From an uncultured Clostridia bacterium (GTDB lineage Bacteria > Bacillota > Clostridia > TANB77 > CAG-508), in the NCBI GenBank assembly GCA_947628115.1, contig CANQYS010000004.1, forward strand, positions 1 through 50,402: 50,402 nucleotides of DNA, in the 5' to 3' direction. A program made the translations under genes and the position numbers. This document shows, piece after piece, positions 38,788 to 48,991 of the stretch; the first letter of the stretch is position 1, and each line of letters begins with the position of its first letter. The notes beneath the pieces were generated by a model that saw only the letters and a list, made by a program, of their open reading frames with translations, searched no databases and had not been told where the DNA came from.

Positions 38788-38824
38788 TTTAATAAATAAG
38801 ATTTTAATGTATGTGCTTACTAAT

Positions 38825-38856
38825 AAAAATTCCAGTGATAAATCACTGGAATTTTT
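38825..38856. terminator. Bidirectional terminator between convergent genes
   Basis: ATTCCAGTGA (38829-38838) pairs with TCACTGGAAT (38843-38852), with flanking A/T runs. Confidence 0.75.
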
Positions 38857-38867
38857 ATTAGTATTTT

Positions 38868-40007
38868 CTATCTGTCTTTCTGTTCATATTCTTTTTTCTT
38901 TATTCTAAATTCTATAAAATCATTAACTAATATTTTTATTAATGCAATTATTGGTACTGCTAAAAACATTCCAAGTATTCCATAGTATGCTCCAAATACT
39001 GTAACTGAAAATATTACAAGTATAGAACTTAGTTTTAAAGCATTTCCTATTATTTTTGGATTTATTATATTCGCATCTAACTGCTGAAGTATTATTACAA
39101 CAATTAACATCCATATTGCTTTTGAAAATCCTCCTGTAAACACTGTAATTAATGCCGAAATCGCAATTCCAACTATTGCTCCAAAATATGGTATTATATT
39201 AAATAATCCTATCATAAATCCAAGTAGTACCCAATATTTTACTCCTAATATCCATAGTGCTACTGAAACTATTATTCCAACAATAATTGCATCTACTATT
39301 TGACTTGATATAAATTTAAAAAATATATCATTTGCTTTTGTAAAGTAATTATCTATTGCTTTGCATGTTTCTTCCTTAAACAATGCTTTTAATAGTTTTC
39401 TAATAAATTTTAATATTTCTGCTCTTTCTAATAATATATATACAGACATTATTATTGTTACAAATACGTTAAATATGGCATTAGCTACTCCCACAACTCC
39501 TTTTATATAGTCTGATATATTTTCTAAATTGACTAATTTTGTTATATCAATTTTTTGAAGGTTATCTATAATTTTTTGTAAACTTTCTCTTTTTATAATT
39601 GAATCTTCTGGCATATTATTAACAAAGTCTATAGCATTTTGATAATATCCTGGCAAGTTATTTGCTAGGTCCATTATGCTTTTTGAAAGTGCGGGAAATA
39701 ATATATTAATAATTATAGCCAATATTATTATTGCTAAAATATATACAGTAATTACAGATAATCCCCTTGCTCTTTTTTTAATAAATTTTAATTTTATTTT
39801 CTTATATAATTTTTCAATTTGTCTACATGGTATATAAAATAAATAAGATAACAATATTCCCATTAAAAATGGCATTAGTATTGATATAAATTTACCGAAT
39901 GATTCTGAAATATCATTAAAGTTATCTAACGTATTATATACAAATAAAACTGCCACTGCAAATGTAAACCAATATATCCACTTTGTCCAATTTCTTTTTT
40001 CTTTCAT
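38868..40007 (-). CDS. AI-2E family transporter (PerM/YtvI-like integral membrane protein)
   Basis: Multi-TM protein with the conserved C-terminal block NIIPYFGAIVG...LDANIINPKIIG. The start is probably ATG 40007. The track's TTG 40040 overlaps exoA. Confidence 0.75.
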   Translation of the reverse strand: MKEKRNWTKWIYWFTFAVAVLFVYNTLDNFNDISESFGKFISILMPFLMGILLSYLFYIPCRQIEKLYKKIKLKFIKKRARGLSVITVYILAIIILAIIINILFPALSKSIMDLANNLPGYYQNAIDFVNNMPEDSIIKRESLQKIIDNLQKIDITKLVNLENISDYIKGVVGVANAIFNVFVTIIMSVYILLERAEILKFIRKLLKALFKEETCKAIDNYFTKANDIFFKFISSQIVDAIIVGIIVSVALWILGVKYWVLLGFMIGLFNIIPYFGAIVGIAISALITVFTGGFSKAIWMLIVVIILQQLDANIINPKIIGNALKLSSILVIFSVTVFGAYYGILGMFLAVPIIALIKILVNDFIEFRIKKKEYEQKDR

Positions 40008-40012
40008 ATTAT

Positions 40013-40765
40013 TTATTTCATCTCCAATCCTACAGGACAATGATCGCTTCCCATTACATCCGAATATATATATGCATCTTTTATGTTTTTACTTATTCTA
40101 TCAGATACAAGAAAATAGTCAATACGCCATCCTGCATTATTTGCTCTTGCATTAAACATATATGACCACCAGGTATAACATCCTTCTTTTTCTGGATATA
40201 TTTTTCTAAAGGTATCTGTAAATCCAGATTTTAAAAGCATGTCTATTTTTCCTCTCTCTTCATCTGTAAATCCAGCATTTTTTCTATTAGATTTTGGATT
40301 TTTTAAATCTATTTCTTTATGTGCTACATTTAAGTCTCCACATATTATTACTGGCTTTTTTTTGTCTAATTCTTTTAAATATTTTCTAAATTCTTCTTCC
40401 CATATCATTCTGTAATCTAATCTTGCAAGATCACGTCCAGAATTTGGTGTATAACAGTTTACCATATAAAAGTCATTAAATTCTAATGTAATTACTCTTC
40501 CTTCTTTATCATGTTCTTCTATTCCAATTCCATATGCAACATTTAAAGGTTCTTTTTTAGTAAATATTGCTGTTCCTGAATATCCTTTTCTTTCAGCATA
40601 ATTGTAATATTCGTAATATCCTTTTAAGTCTAATTCTATTTGACCATTTTGCATTTTAGTTTCTTGAATACAAAATATATCTGCATCTAGACTTTGAAAA
40701 ATATCTATAAATCCCTTTTTATATATTGCCCTTAATCCATTTACATTCCAAGATATTAGCTTCAT
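40013..40765 (-). CDS. exoA: Exodeoxyribonuclease III (AP endonuclease)
   Basis: 250 aa. MKLISWNVNGLRA, CIQETK, GDLNVAH and SDHCPV motifs. Confidence 0.95.
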   Translation of the reverse strand: MKLISWNVNGLRAIYKKGFIDIFQSLDADIFCIQETKMQNGQIELDLKGYYEYYNYAERKGYSGTAIFTKKEPLNVAYGIGIEEHDKEGRVITLEFNDFYMVNCYTPNSGRDLARLDYRMIWEEEFRKYLKELDKKKPVIICGDLNVAHKEIDLKNPKSNRKNAGFTDEERGKIDMLLKSGFTDTFRKIYPEKEGCYTWWSYMFNARANNAGWRIDYFLVSDRISKNIKDAYIYSDVMGSDHCPVGLEMK

Positions 40766-40790
40766 TTTTCTCTCCTTTAATTTATATAAA

Positions 40791-41232
40791 TTATAGTTTG
40801 TGTGAGAAGAGCGTGTGTGCGGGTCGCCCTGGGGTGCGACCCCTACAACGTTTGCAATTAATTTGTGCTGTTTTTTCTTGCGGGCGGACTTAGAGCGCCC
40901 GCCCCTACAGCGTTTGCATTTGGTTGATTAGTAGAGAAGCGCGAAATGGTTCATTTATATTTTACGAAGTGAGCTTGTGTGGGGACCGACTAGCTAGATA
41001 CTGTTAAATAGAAGATTAGCGTCAGCAATCTTATATTTTACAGTGTCTGCGTAGTTGGGACGAACGAGTTAAAATATAAATTAACCATTGGGAGCGGTCT
41101 ATTTCTTTTTCAAAGTCGCTAGGACGGATGAAAAAATCCCATTTCTGAGGTGAATTCAGGACAGTCCCAAAAATCCCCAAAATTGGTGATTTTTAGGGAC
41201 AGTCCCTAGAATTCCCCTCACACAAACTGCAA
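40791..41232. repeat. Composite nested repeat: a family-A element whose left arm is separated from its core by ~340 bp of family-B, family-C and other palindromic modules
   Basis: The left TIR TTATAGTTTGTGTGAG starts at 40791. Two family-B units lie at 40819-40849 and 40880-40910. A long imperfect palindrome spans 40945-41100 (AATGGTTCATTTATATTTTA / TAAAATATAAATTAACCATT). A family-C module is at 41112-41139. The family-A core and right TIR span 41149-41232. Confidence 0.75.
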
Positions 41233-41233
41233 T

Positions 41234-42895
41234 TTATTTTTCTTCTTTATATATTTTTAATTTAACTAAAACATTATATATTTTAGTTCCAAATGGTATC
41301 ATATATATATCTTCTTTTGTAAGTAATTTCATAATTAATACTAAAATTACATATGAAATTACTCCAATTAAAATAGATATAATTGTTGATATTGTATTTC
41401 CAGTTATAGTTATTAATAATTTATATGCAATGTAAACTATTATACCCATAATTGCAGATATGAATATAGGTTTGACTATATGGTCTTTAAAATTCATTTG
41501 CAATTTTATTTCTTTATTTAAATAATACATACATATTGCAAATAATATTATTTGACATGCAATTGAACTAATTACAGCTCCTAATATATTTATCTGTGGA
41601 TTACTAATTAATATAATGTTCATTACTAATTTTACAATTGCACCTATTCCTAATGCTATTGCTGGAATGTGGACTTTTCCAAATCCGTATAATCCACCTT
41701 CTACAACATAATTTATAGATACAAAAATCATTGTTATTGTACTTAAAATTAATATATTTGCTCCATTTGATGCCTGAGGATATATAAGTTTAAGTATAGG
41801 TTCTGCAAGTGCAATTAGCCCCGCTGTACATGGCATTATAATTAATATAGAGGCAAAAAATGAAAATGATAACCTTTTATTTACTGTTTTATAATCTTTT
41901 ACTGATATTGCAGATGAAATTGCTGGAACTAATGCTGTACAAAATGCTCCTGTTATAGCAAGTGGTAAATGTATTATTGTTACTACTTTTGATAATAACC
42001 CTGATAATTCCATTGCTTTTGCTTCTAATGTCTCTTTTGTATCTAAAATTCCTGAAAATGCTGTTTGTATACAATTACTTATTGTAACTGTGTCTATCAT
42101 ATTATTAATAACAGATATTAATGAGCCAATTGTCATTGGTATTGAAATTGCAAATATTGTTTTAATAAGATTTTTAGCTGTTTTATCTTCTTGTTGAACT
42201 GTTTGATTTTTACACTCCAAAATAATTCCTTTTTTTCTTCTTTTATAGAAAATATATAGATATGTAAAAGAAATTATTATTGCAAGTGTAGTTGATACGT
42301 TTCCACCTGCAGCCATTATTGCTGGATCCTTACCTACTAAGGCATATACAAATGTTATAGTAAGCGCGCAATTAAAAAATTGTTCTAGTGTTTGTGATAC
42401 ACTTGTAGCTTTTTGGCTACCAAGTCCTGCAAAATACCCTCTTATTACAGAAGATGCAGCAACAAACATTATAGCAGGTGCTAAAACCATTAAAACATAT
42501 TTTACATCTGGAACATTTAAAATTTTACTTGCAATTATATTTGCTCCAAAAAACAATGCGAGTGAAAAAATAGCACCTATTGCAGTAAATATTTTTAAAG
42601 ATGTTTTAAAAATTCTATGTGCACCTTTGTGATCACCAATAGCCACTCTTTCTGATACTAATTTAGATATTACAGTAGGTATTCCTACTGATGACAATGT
42701 TAATAATAAAGAATAAACAGTATAACCTGCATCATAATATCCATTACCAATATCTCCAAATCCCTCTACATTTATTATTACTAATCTATATACAAAGCCC
42801 AATACTTTTATTAAAATTTGTGCAATCATCAGCATTGCAACATTTTTCATAAAAGATGTTCCTTTTTCTTTTTTTATTTTCTCTTGTGCCTCCAT
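41234..42895 (-). CDS. MOP-superfamily flippase (MurJ / stage V sporulation protein B-like)
   Basis: 553 aa with about 14 TM helices. N-terminus KNVAMLMIAQILIKVLGFVYRLVI. AGGAAGG SD. Confidence 0.8.
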   Translation of the reverse strand: MEAQEKIKKEKGTSFMKNVAMLMIAQILIKVLGFVYRLVIINVEGFGDIGNGYYDAGYTVYSLLLTLSSVGIPTVISKLVSERVAIGDHKGAHRIFKTSLKIFTAIGAIFSLALFFGANIIASKILNVPDVKYVLMVLAPAIMFVAASSVIRGYFAGLGSQKATSVSQTLEQFFNCALTITFVYALVGKDPAIMAAGGNVSTTLAIIISFTYLYIFYKRRKKGIILECKNQTVQQEDKTAKNLIKTIFAISIPMTIGSLISVINNMIDTVTISNCIQTAFSGILDTKETLEAKAMELSGLLSKVVTIIHLPLAITGAFCTALVPAISSAISVKDYKTVNKRLSFSFFASILIIMPCTAGLIALAEPILKLIYPQASNGANILILSTITMIFVSINYVVEGGLYGFGKVHIPAIALGIGAIVKLVMNIILISNPQINILGAVISSIACQIILFAICMYYLNKEIKLQMNFKDHIVKPIFISAIMGIIVYIAYKLLITITGNTISTIISILIGVISYVILVLIMKLLTKEDIYMIPFGTKIYNVLVKLKIYKEEK

Positions 42896-43068
42896 TAAAT
42901 CCTTCCTTATATAATTAATAATTTATTTATATCATATATATAGTATTTTTACAACATTTTATTTTTATAGTTTATATAAGCATTATAATAATTTAAAGCA
43001 AGACAAAATAGGATTTTACTCTTTTGTCTTGCTTTTGCTTACTTAACATTTTTTATATATTTAATTTT

Positions 43069-44007
43069 TTAATACCATCCTTTTGATAACCAATGATTCC
43101 ATGCATTCTGAGGATTACCATATCTAGAGTTAATATAACTTAATCCCCAATCTATTTGTGTCTTGTAGTTAGTTTTGTAATCAGATCCTTTTGATGCCAT
43201 TTTAGATCCTGGCAATGCTTGTGGTATACCATATGCTCCTGATGAAGCATTATATGCATATGGGTTCCATCCACTTTCTTTATTCCATAAATAAATTAAA
43301 CATTCAACATCTGTTTCTGACCAACCATAAGAACTACATGCTGTTGTTGCGTATTCTTGATATTTTAAAACAGATCCACTTGCAAGTCTGCTTCCACTTC
43401 TAGATGTTACTTTTGTTTGTATTTGTACTATTTTATTTACAGGTTCTTTTATAACTTTTGATGATAATTCTATTCTTTCTATTTCGATATCATCTTTATA
43501 TTTTACTTTATAAGTTACTTCTCTTAAACCATTTTTTCCTACTTGTATTACTTTATTAATTGTACTACTTCCACTAGAAACATCTTTTGTAATTGTTTCA
43601 AATGGTATTTCTTCTTGAATTGTTATTATTTCCTCAGTAATATTTGAATAATTTTCAGCAATTTTCTCTATATTATCGTTAAGTTCTTCTTGCGAAATTT
43701 CTGCTATTTTAGTAGGCTCATTTCCTTCTTTTGTTATTATTATTGTATTTGTTTTAGTTATATTTTCTTCCATACCAGGTATTACTATTTCATCTGTTGA
43801 TAACATTATATGATTTTCTTCTAATATTTCTGATATTTTTGTTTTTGATGTTAATACTGTAATTTCATGATTGTTTGAAAATTTTATTTTTATACTATTT
43901 AACTTTATATTTCCTGCAATTACTGATATTCCTAAGATTATAATAAATACTATACTTATTCCAATAATCTTTTTATAAGATATTGTAGTATGTTTTTGTT
44001 TACTCAT
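43069..44007 (-). CDS. Cell-wall hydrolase: TM anchor, DUF348-like and G5-like domains, and a C-terminal lytic-transglycosylase-like domain
   Basis: The G5-like region is IPFETITKDV..VIQVGKNGLREVTYKV. The C-terminus is WNKESGWNPYAYNASSGAYGIPQALPGSKM... Confidence 0.7.
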   Translation of the reverse strand: MSKQKHTTISYKKIIGISIVFIIILGISVIAGNIKLNSIKIKFSNNHEITVLTSKTKISEILEENHIMLSTDEIVIPGMEENITKTNTIIITKEGNEPTKIAEISQEELNDNIEKIAENYSNITEEIITIQEEIPFETITKDVSSGSSTINKVIQVGKNGLREVTYKVKYKDDIEIERIELSSKVIKEPVNKIVQIQTKVTSRSGSRLASGSVLKYQEYATTACSSYGWSETDVECLIYLWNKESGWNPYAYNASSGAYGIPQALPGSKMASKGSDYKTNYKTQIDWGLSYINSRYGNPQNAWNHWLSKGWY

Positions 44008-44273
44008 ACATTCCTCCTTAAAGCAATCTATTATATTATACTCTATTAATAAAATTTTGTCAAATTTAGAATTTTTTTCTAATATTATTATATGCTGCTT
44101 GTACCAAAAATATTCATATAAATAGTACTTTAGCTAGTGAATAGTGAAGATTGAATAATTAATTCTTCATTGTTTGAATAATTATGAAATAATTATTCAA
44201 ACTATATTATTGATATGTTTTTTTTGCTGTGTTATAATATGTATGTAAATATAATTAAATAGGAGGTTTTATT

Positions 44274-44825
44274 ATGTGGATTATACTAATTATTATTGTG
44301 GTTTTAATTATAGCTATAATTGGAATGTATAATAATTTGGTTAGATTAAGACAAAAAGTAAAAAATTCTTGGAGTCAAATTGATGTTCAATTACAAAGAA
44401 GATTTGATTTAATTCCAAATTTAGTAGAAACAGTTAAAGGTTATATGAAGCATGAAAATGAAGTTTTAACTAAAGTTACTGAACTCAGAACTTCTTGGGC
44501 AAATGCAGGTACTGTTGCTGAAAAAGCTGAACTTGATAATCAATTATCAGGTGCATTAAAAACAATTATGGCAGTTTCTGAAAATTATCCAGATTTAAAA
44601 GCAAACCAAAATTTTTCTGAGTTACAACAAGAATTACAAAACACAGAAAATAAAATATCATTTTCAAGACAATTTTATAATGATAGCGTTACAATGTATA
44701 ATACAAAATTAGAAGTTTTCCCTTCTAACATTATTGCTTCTATGTTTCATTTTACTTCAGAAGAATTATTTAAAACAGAAAGTCAAGAAGCAAGACAAAA
44801 TGTTAAAGTTGACTTTAATAAATAA
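44274..44825 (+). CDS. lemA: LemA family protein
   Basis: 183 aa. An N-terminal TM segment is followed by [33 protein letters not shown]. Confidence 0.9.
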   Translation: MWIILIIIVVLIIAIIGMYNNLVRLRQKVKNSWSQIDVQLQRRFDLIPNLVETVKGYMKHENEVLTKVTELRTSWANAGTVAEKAELDNQLSGALKTIMAVSENYPDLKANQNFSELQQELQNTENKISFSRQFYNDSVTMYNTKLEVFPSNIIASMFHFTSEELFKTESQEARQNVKVDFNK

Positions 44826-44882
44826 GAACAACTGTGGGCGTTTTTAACATTAGACTATTTAAAAACTTACGCTCGTTGTTTA
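44826..44882. repeat. Family-E stem-loop element (loop ..ACATTAGACTATTT..)
   Basis: GAACAACTGTGGGCGTTTTTAACATTAGACTATTTAAAAACTTACGCTCGTTGTT. It shares its flanks and loop with 6262..6326. Confidence 0.45.
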
Positions 44883-44888
44883 CTCAAT

Positions 44889-44927
44889 AAAAAATGTACT
44901 TTGTTATAAAAACAAAGTGCATTTTTT
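44889..44927. terminator. Bidirectional terminator between lemA and tatD
   Basis: TGTACTTTGTT (44895-44905) pairs with AACAAAGTGCA (44911-44921). An A-run and a T-run flank it. Confidence 0.7.
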
Positions 44928-44930
44928 GTT

Positions 44931-45710
44931 TTAACCTATGTCCGCATTAGTACAAAATATTTTTTTTGCATTTTCGTAAGTAATTTTTGCTATTTCTGAT
45001 AATTCAATTTCTCGTATTTCTGCTATTTTTTGTGCTATATATTTTACGTTTCTTGAATCGTTTCTTTTTCCTCTAAATGGTTCTGGGCTAAGATATGGAG
45101 AATCAGTTTCTATAAGTATTTTTTCCAAAGGTACCATTTTTATTATTTCTTCTGCATTTTTAGAGTTTTTAAATGTTATTGGTCCTGCAAATGATATGTA
45201 GAATCCAAGTTTTAATCCTTCTCTTACTAAATCTATATTTAATGGGCAACAATGAAATACTCCTTTTTTATTACATTTATTGTTTTTTAGTATTTCTAAA
45301 GTATCATATATTGATTCCCTTGTGTGAATAACAATTGGAAGTTCTAATTTATTTGCTATTTGTATTTGTGATATAAATACTTGTTTTTGTAGTTCTTTAT
45401 TTTCTGTATTCCAATGGTAATCTAGTCCTATTTCTCCAATTGCAACTACCTTTTTATTTTTTCCTAATATTTCTATTTCATCTAAATCTTCTTTTCTAAA
45501 CTTGTCTATATCATTTGGCGAAATTCCCACAGTTGCATACATAAAATCGTAATTTTGACTTATATCTATAGCTTTTTTAGAAGATTTTAAACTATATCCC
45601 GCATTTATTATTTTAGTAACATTCTCATTATATATTTCTTTTATTAAATTATCTCTATCTTCTTCAAATTTTTCATCATTATAATGTGCATGTGAATCAA
45701 AAAATTCCAT
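44931..45710 (-). CDS. tatD: TatD family metal-dependent hydrolase/DNase
   Basis: 259 aa. FDSHAH, GEIGLDYHW and ETDSPYL motifs. Confidence 0.9.
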   Translation of the reverse strand: MEFFDSHAHYNDEKFEEDRDNLIKEIYNENVTKIINAGYSLKSSKKAIDISQNYDFMYATVGISPNDIDKFRKEDLDEIEILGKNKKVVAIGEIGLDYHWNTENKELQKQVFISQIQIANKLELPIVIHTRESIYDTLEILKNNKCNKKGVFHCCPLNIDLVREGLKLGFYISFAGPITFKNSKNAEEIIKMVPLEKILIETDSPYLSPEPFRGKRNDSRNVKYIAQKIAEIREIELSEIAKITYENAKKIFCTNADIG

Positions 45711-45717
45711 TTTTCCC

Positions 45718-46095
45718 CTATTCTTCTATCATTGCTACTACTGTTGCAACAGCATACTCTTTGCAATGTGATATTGAAATATCTATATTTTTTATTTTAT
45801 CAAATTTTATATCTATAAACCTAATTATTGGATTTCCATTTTCATCATTAACAACTTCTGCATTATGCCAAGAAATATCAAATTTATTGTTAAGTAATGG
45901 AGATACCGTTTTAAAAATAGCTTCCTTTGCAGCAAATCTTCCTGCATAATGATAGTACTTAGCATTTCTTTTACTTTCACAATATGTAATTTCAGTAGGT
46001 GTGTATATCATATTTAAAAATGTTTGTCCAGATCTTTCTATTGATTCTCTTATTCTACTAATTTCTATTATATCTGTGCCACATAGTATTTTCAT
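45718..46095 (-). CDS. acpS: Holo-[acyl-carrier-protein] synthase
   Basis: 125 aa. GTDIIEISRI, FAAKEA and ISISHCKEYAVA motifs. Confidence 0.9.
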   Translation of the reverse strand: MKILCGTDIIEISRIRESIERSGQTFLNMIYTPTEITYCESKRNAKYYHYAGRFAAKEAIFKTVSPLLNNKFDISWHNAEVVNDENGNPIIRFIDIKFDKIKNIDISISHCKEYAVATVVAMIEE

Positions 46096-46121
46096 TGTTT
46101 TCTCCTTGTCTTTATTATTTA

Positions 46122-47384
46122 CTATTGATTTATAAATTTTATTAATGCAATAAAATTTACAACATTTAGTATTAATGATACTAACAATGAAATTAATATA
46201 AATTTATTTACTTTAGTGTTTTTATCTACATTAAATTCTTTATACATTACCTCATATTTATTTTTTATTTCATTATACAAATTTTGTAATTCGAATATTT
46301 CTTTCCACTTATTAAAATACATAGTTCCTGTTAGTGAATTCGTAATTTCATTTATCCATATTTCTTTTGTAAACTTATAGAATTTTTTCATAATAATTTC
46401 TATATCTTCACCATTTTTTATTTTGTCTTGTAAACTTTTTAAATATATTCTTTGATATAGCCTTATTATTAAAGTGTATAAATATTCGTTTTCATAGTCA
46501 AATAGTAATTTATTATAATTATTAATGTCTATGCTAGATGTAATGAGACTTGCACTTTGTTTTGTAAATCCAAATTTCGCATATTTAAATTGCTCCATAA
46601 TTTGCATTGTATGTTTCAATTCTTTTGCATTAAAATTCAATGTACTATTATTTGAAAGTACATTTGTATATTTAATAAAATCATTTTCTATATTTAAAAA
46701 ATCTCCTTCATTATTCCAATTATCTTGATCAATACAAGTATATGTATAAACAAAAAATCTTTTATTATATAAATCAATACTATTAGTATCAGAAACATTT
46801 GTATTAAACCCTATTATATTATCTATAAAATCTGAAAGTTCTGTCATATTTCCAAATGTATCTGTTTGTATTTTTATATTATTATATTCTTTTAATTTAT
46901 TAAATTTAGAATTTATATCTTTAAATTTATAATTAAAATTTAGTAAATCTGAAAATTTAGTAGTATTTTCAATGTTTGTTTTTATAATTAAAAAACATAT
47001 ACCTGTATCTATACATATAATTTCTATTTTATCTATATTAAAAAATATTCCATCCTCTACATCTATTTTCCCTTGTATTTTTTTATCTAATTTATATCCA
47101 AAAGTATTGCAATGTAATTTGGATAATACTTCAGCTTTCACATTGTTTTGCATATTTTTTAAATTATTAATTTTATTCTTGTCAAAAGAAAAAGATGGAA
47201 AGAAATAATTCCTTATATTTTCGATAAAATATGAATATAAATTAAGATCTCTTTCTTTTTCAAATATTTTTAACTCACATTTATTATTATTTAATAAGCT
47301 TAATAAATATTTTTCATATTTAGTTTCTTTAATTAAAAATGGTTTTATAAAATATGTATATTGGTATTTTATTTTTAATTCCAT
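46122..47384 (-). CDS. Hypothetical 420-aa Asn/Lys/Phe/Tyr-rich protein with a C-terminal TM anchor
   Basis: Long ORF. AAAGAGG SD upstream. The C-terminal hydrophobic segment is FILISLLVSLILNVVNFIALIKFI. No family recognised. Confidence 0.5.
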   Translation of the reverse strand: MELKIKYQYTYFIKPFLIKETKYEKYLLSLLNNNKCELKIFEKERDLNLYSYFIENIRNYFFPSFSFDKNKINNLKNMQNNVKAEVLSKLHCNTFGYKLDKKIQGKIDVEDGIFFNIDKIEIICIDTGICFLIIKTNIENTTKFSDLLNFNYKFKDINSKFNKLKEYNNIKIQTDTFGNMTELSDFIDNIIGFNTNVSDTNSIDLYNKRFFVYTYTCIDQDNWNNEGDFLNIENDFIKYTNVLSNNSTLNFNAKELKHTMQIMEQFKYAKFGFTKQSASLITSSIDINNYNKLLFDYENEYLYTLIIRLYQRIYLKSLQDKIKNGEDIEIIMKKFYKFTKEIWINEITNSLTGTMYFNKWKEIFELQNLYNEIKNKYEVMYKEFNVDKNTKVNKFILISLLVSLILNVVNFIALIKFINQ

Positions 47385-47409
47385 TATTTTAACCTCTTTT
47401 GTTTATTAA

Positions 47410-48930
47410 CTATTTTTCATAATATAATCCATTATCACTTAAATGCCATTCTCCAATAAAGTCTATATATATGCTATTATCTAGATTAACAGATGGCTCT
47501 TTAGCTATTGCTCCTATTTTATTTATACTTCCCCAAACTCCGTCCTTTTTAACACTTGCAAAACCACAGCTATTTTGTTCTGTTGCATCTTCGTAAATAT
47601 AATCTACTATTATTTTTCCTGTTTTATCTACATATCCATATTTTCCGTCTTTTTTACTTAAAAATAAATTATTCGAAGTTAATAAATCAGATACATTTTT
47701 TTCTTCAAATTTAAAATTATAATATTTATATTCATTATTTGTATATGCTTTTATGTAACCTTTGTCTGTATTAATTTCTGATATAATCCCAGTAATTTTC
47801 TGTGCTAAATTACTATCAAATATAACAGTTTCAGTCTCAGTTTTATCAGCTTGTATAAATCCTGCATTTTCTACATATACCATACTAGTATATTCAAATG
47901 GAATAACTTCTTGATTTTCTAAATTTATTATTCCATATTTACCATCTTTTTTTGCTATATAATAAATAGAAAATACATATTTTAAATCTTCATATTGTGG
48001 TGCAATAATTTCTTCTTTATTCATATTTATTACACCATATTTACCATCTTTTATAATTATTATGCTGTCTGTTTTAGCTTCTATAATATCATCATATCCA
48101 CCATCTATAATTATATTTGTATCTTGTGTATTTATTAATTTCCAAACTCCATTTTCTTTTATTCCAAACAAATTTGAACTATTTAAATATTTTATCATTT
48201 CATATTTTGGTTCTATTAAAACGTTTCCACTTGTACTAATTAATCCATATTTATTATTTTCATTAACAACTATATACTCATTTTTATATCCTTCTTTTAA
48301 TGTAAGTATATTTTTATATTGAACTGGTACAATAATTTGTCCTTTTTCATTTACTAGTCCTACATTTTCGGCTTTTTTTATCAAAATGTTGCTTTTTACA
48401 CCTTTTAATGCTGTTATCTCATCATATTCGCATGCTAAAATTTCTTTCCCCTCAAAATCTATTAATCCATACTTTCCATTTTTGCTTACTCTTAAAACAT
48501 TATCTTCATACCAAATATTTTGTTTTGAATCCAAATTATCTATTGCCTCTATTTTGTCATATCCTGTTAAAATTTCTTCATTTTTTTCATTCAATGCTTT
48601 TGTTTTATATGTTCCATCTATATCATTTATATCATATGTGCATATAAATATTGCTTTAGAACTATTAGGTATTGCTATTATATCATTATATGTAGGTTCT
48701 ATTATTGTTTCTCCATCATTATTTATAACACCAAATTTACCATTTTCATATGACGTATAATAAGAGTATTTTTTTACTTCTATTTCATTTTTGCCTGTTT
48801 TTACTATATTTATAATCGAAATTATAACCATAACTATAACTGCCAAAGCTACAATTACACCTATAACTTTTTTTAAATTTAATTTTGGTTTACTATCATA
48901 TCTTCTTCCTCTAGTTCTACCTCTACTCAT
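47410..48930 (-). CDS. WG-repeat (KWG-type) protein with an N-terminal signal anchor
   Basis: 506 aa. Many repeats of the type ..GKYG(L/V)I(D/N)..G..I(I/V)P..Y(D/E).I are present. N-terminal TM segment VIGVIVALAVIVMVIISII. Confidence 0.75.
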   Translation of the reverse strand: MSRGRTRGRRYDSKPKLNLKKVIGVIVALAVIVMVIISIINIVKTGKNEIEVKKYSYYTSYENGKFGVINNDGETIIEPTYNDIIAIPNSSKAIFICTYDINDIDGTYKTKALNEKNEEILTGYDKIEAIDNLDSKQNIWYEDNVLRVSKNGKYGLIDFEGKEILACEYDEITALKGVKSNILIKKAENVGLVNEKGQIIVPVQYKNILTLKEGYKNEYIVVNENNKYGLISTSGNVLIEPKYEMIKYLNSSNLFGIKENGVWKLINTQDTNIIIDGGYDDIIEAKTDSIIIIKDGKYGVINMNKEEIIAPQYEDLKYVFSIYYIAKKDGKYGIINLENQEVIPFEYTSMVYVENAGFIQADKTETETVIFDSNLAQKITGIISEINTDKGYIKAYTNNEYKYYNFKFEEKNVSDLLTSNNLFLSKKDGKYGYVDKTGKIIVDYIYEDATEQNSCGFASVKKDGVWGSINKIGAIAKEPSVNLDNSIYIDFIGEWHLSDNGLYYEK

Positions 48931-48991
48931 ATAGTTTCCTCCTTACAAGTAACTATTTTGTACCTTATATTTATTAATAATATATCACAAC

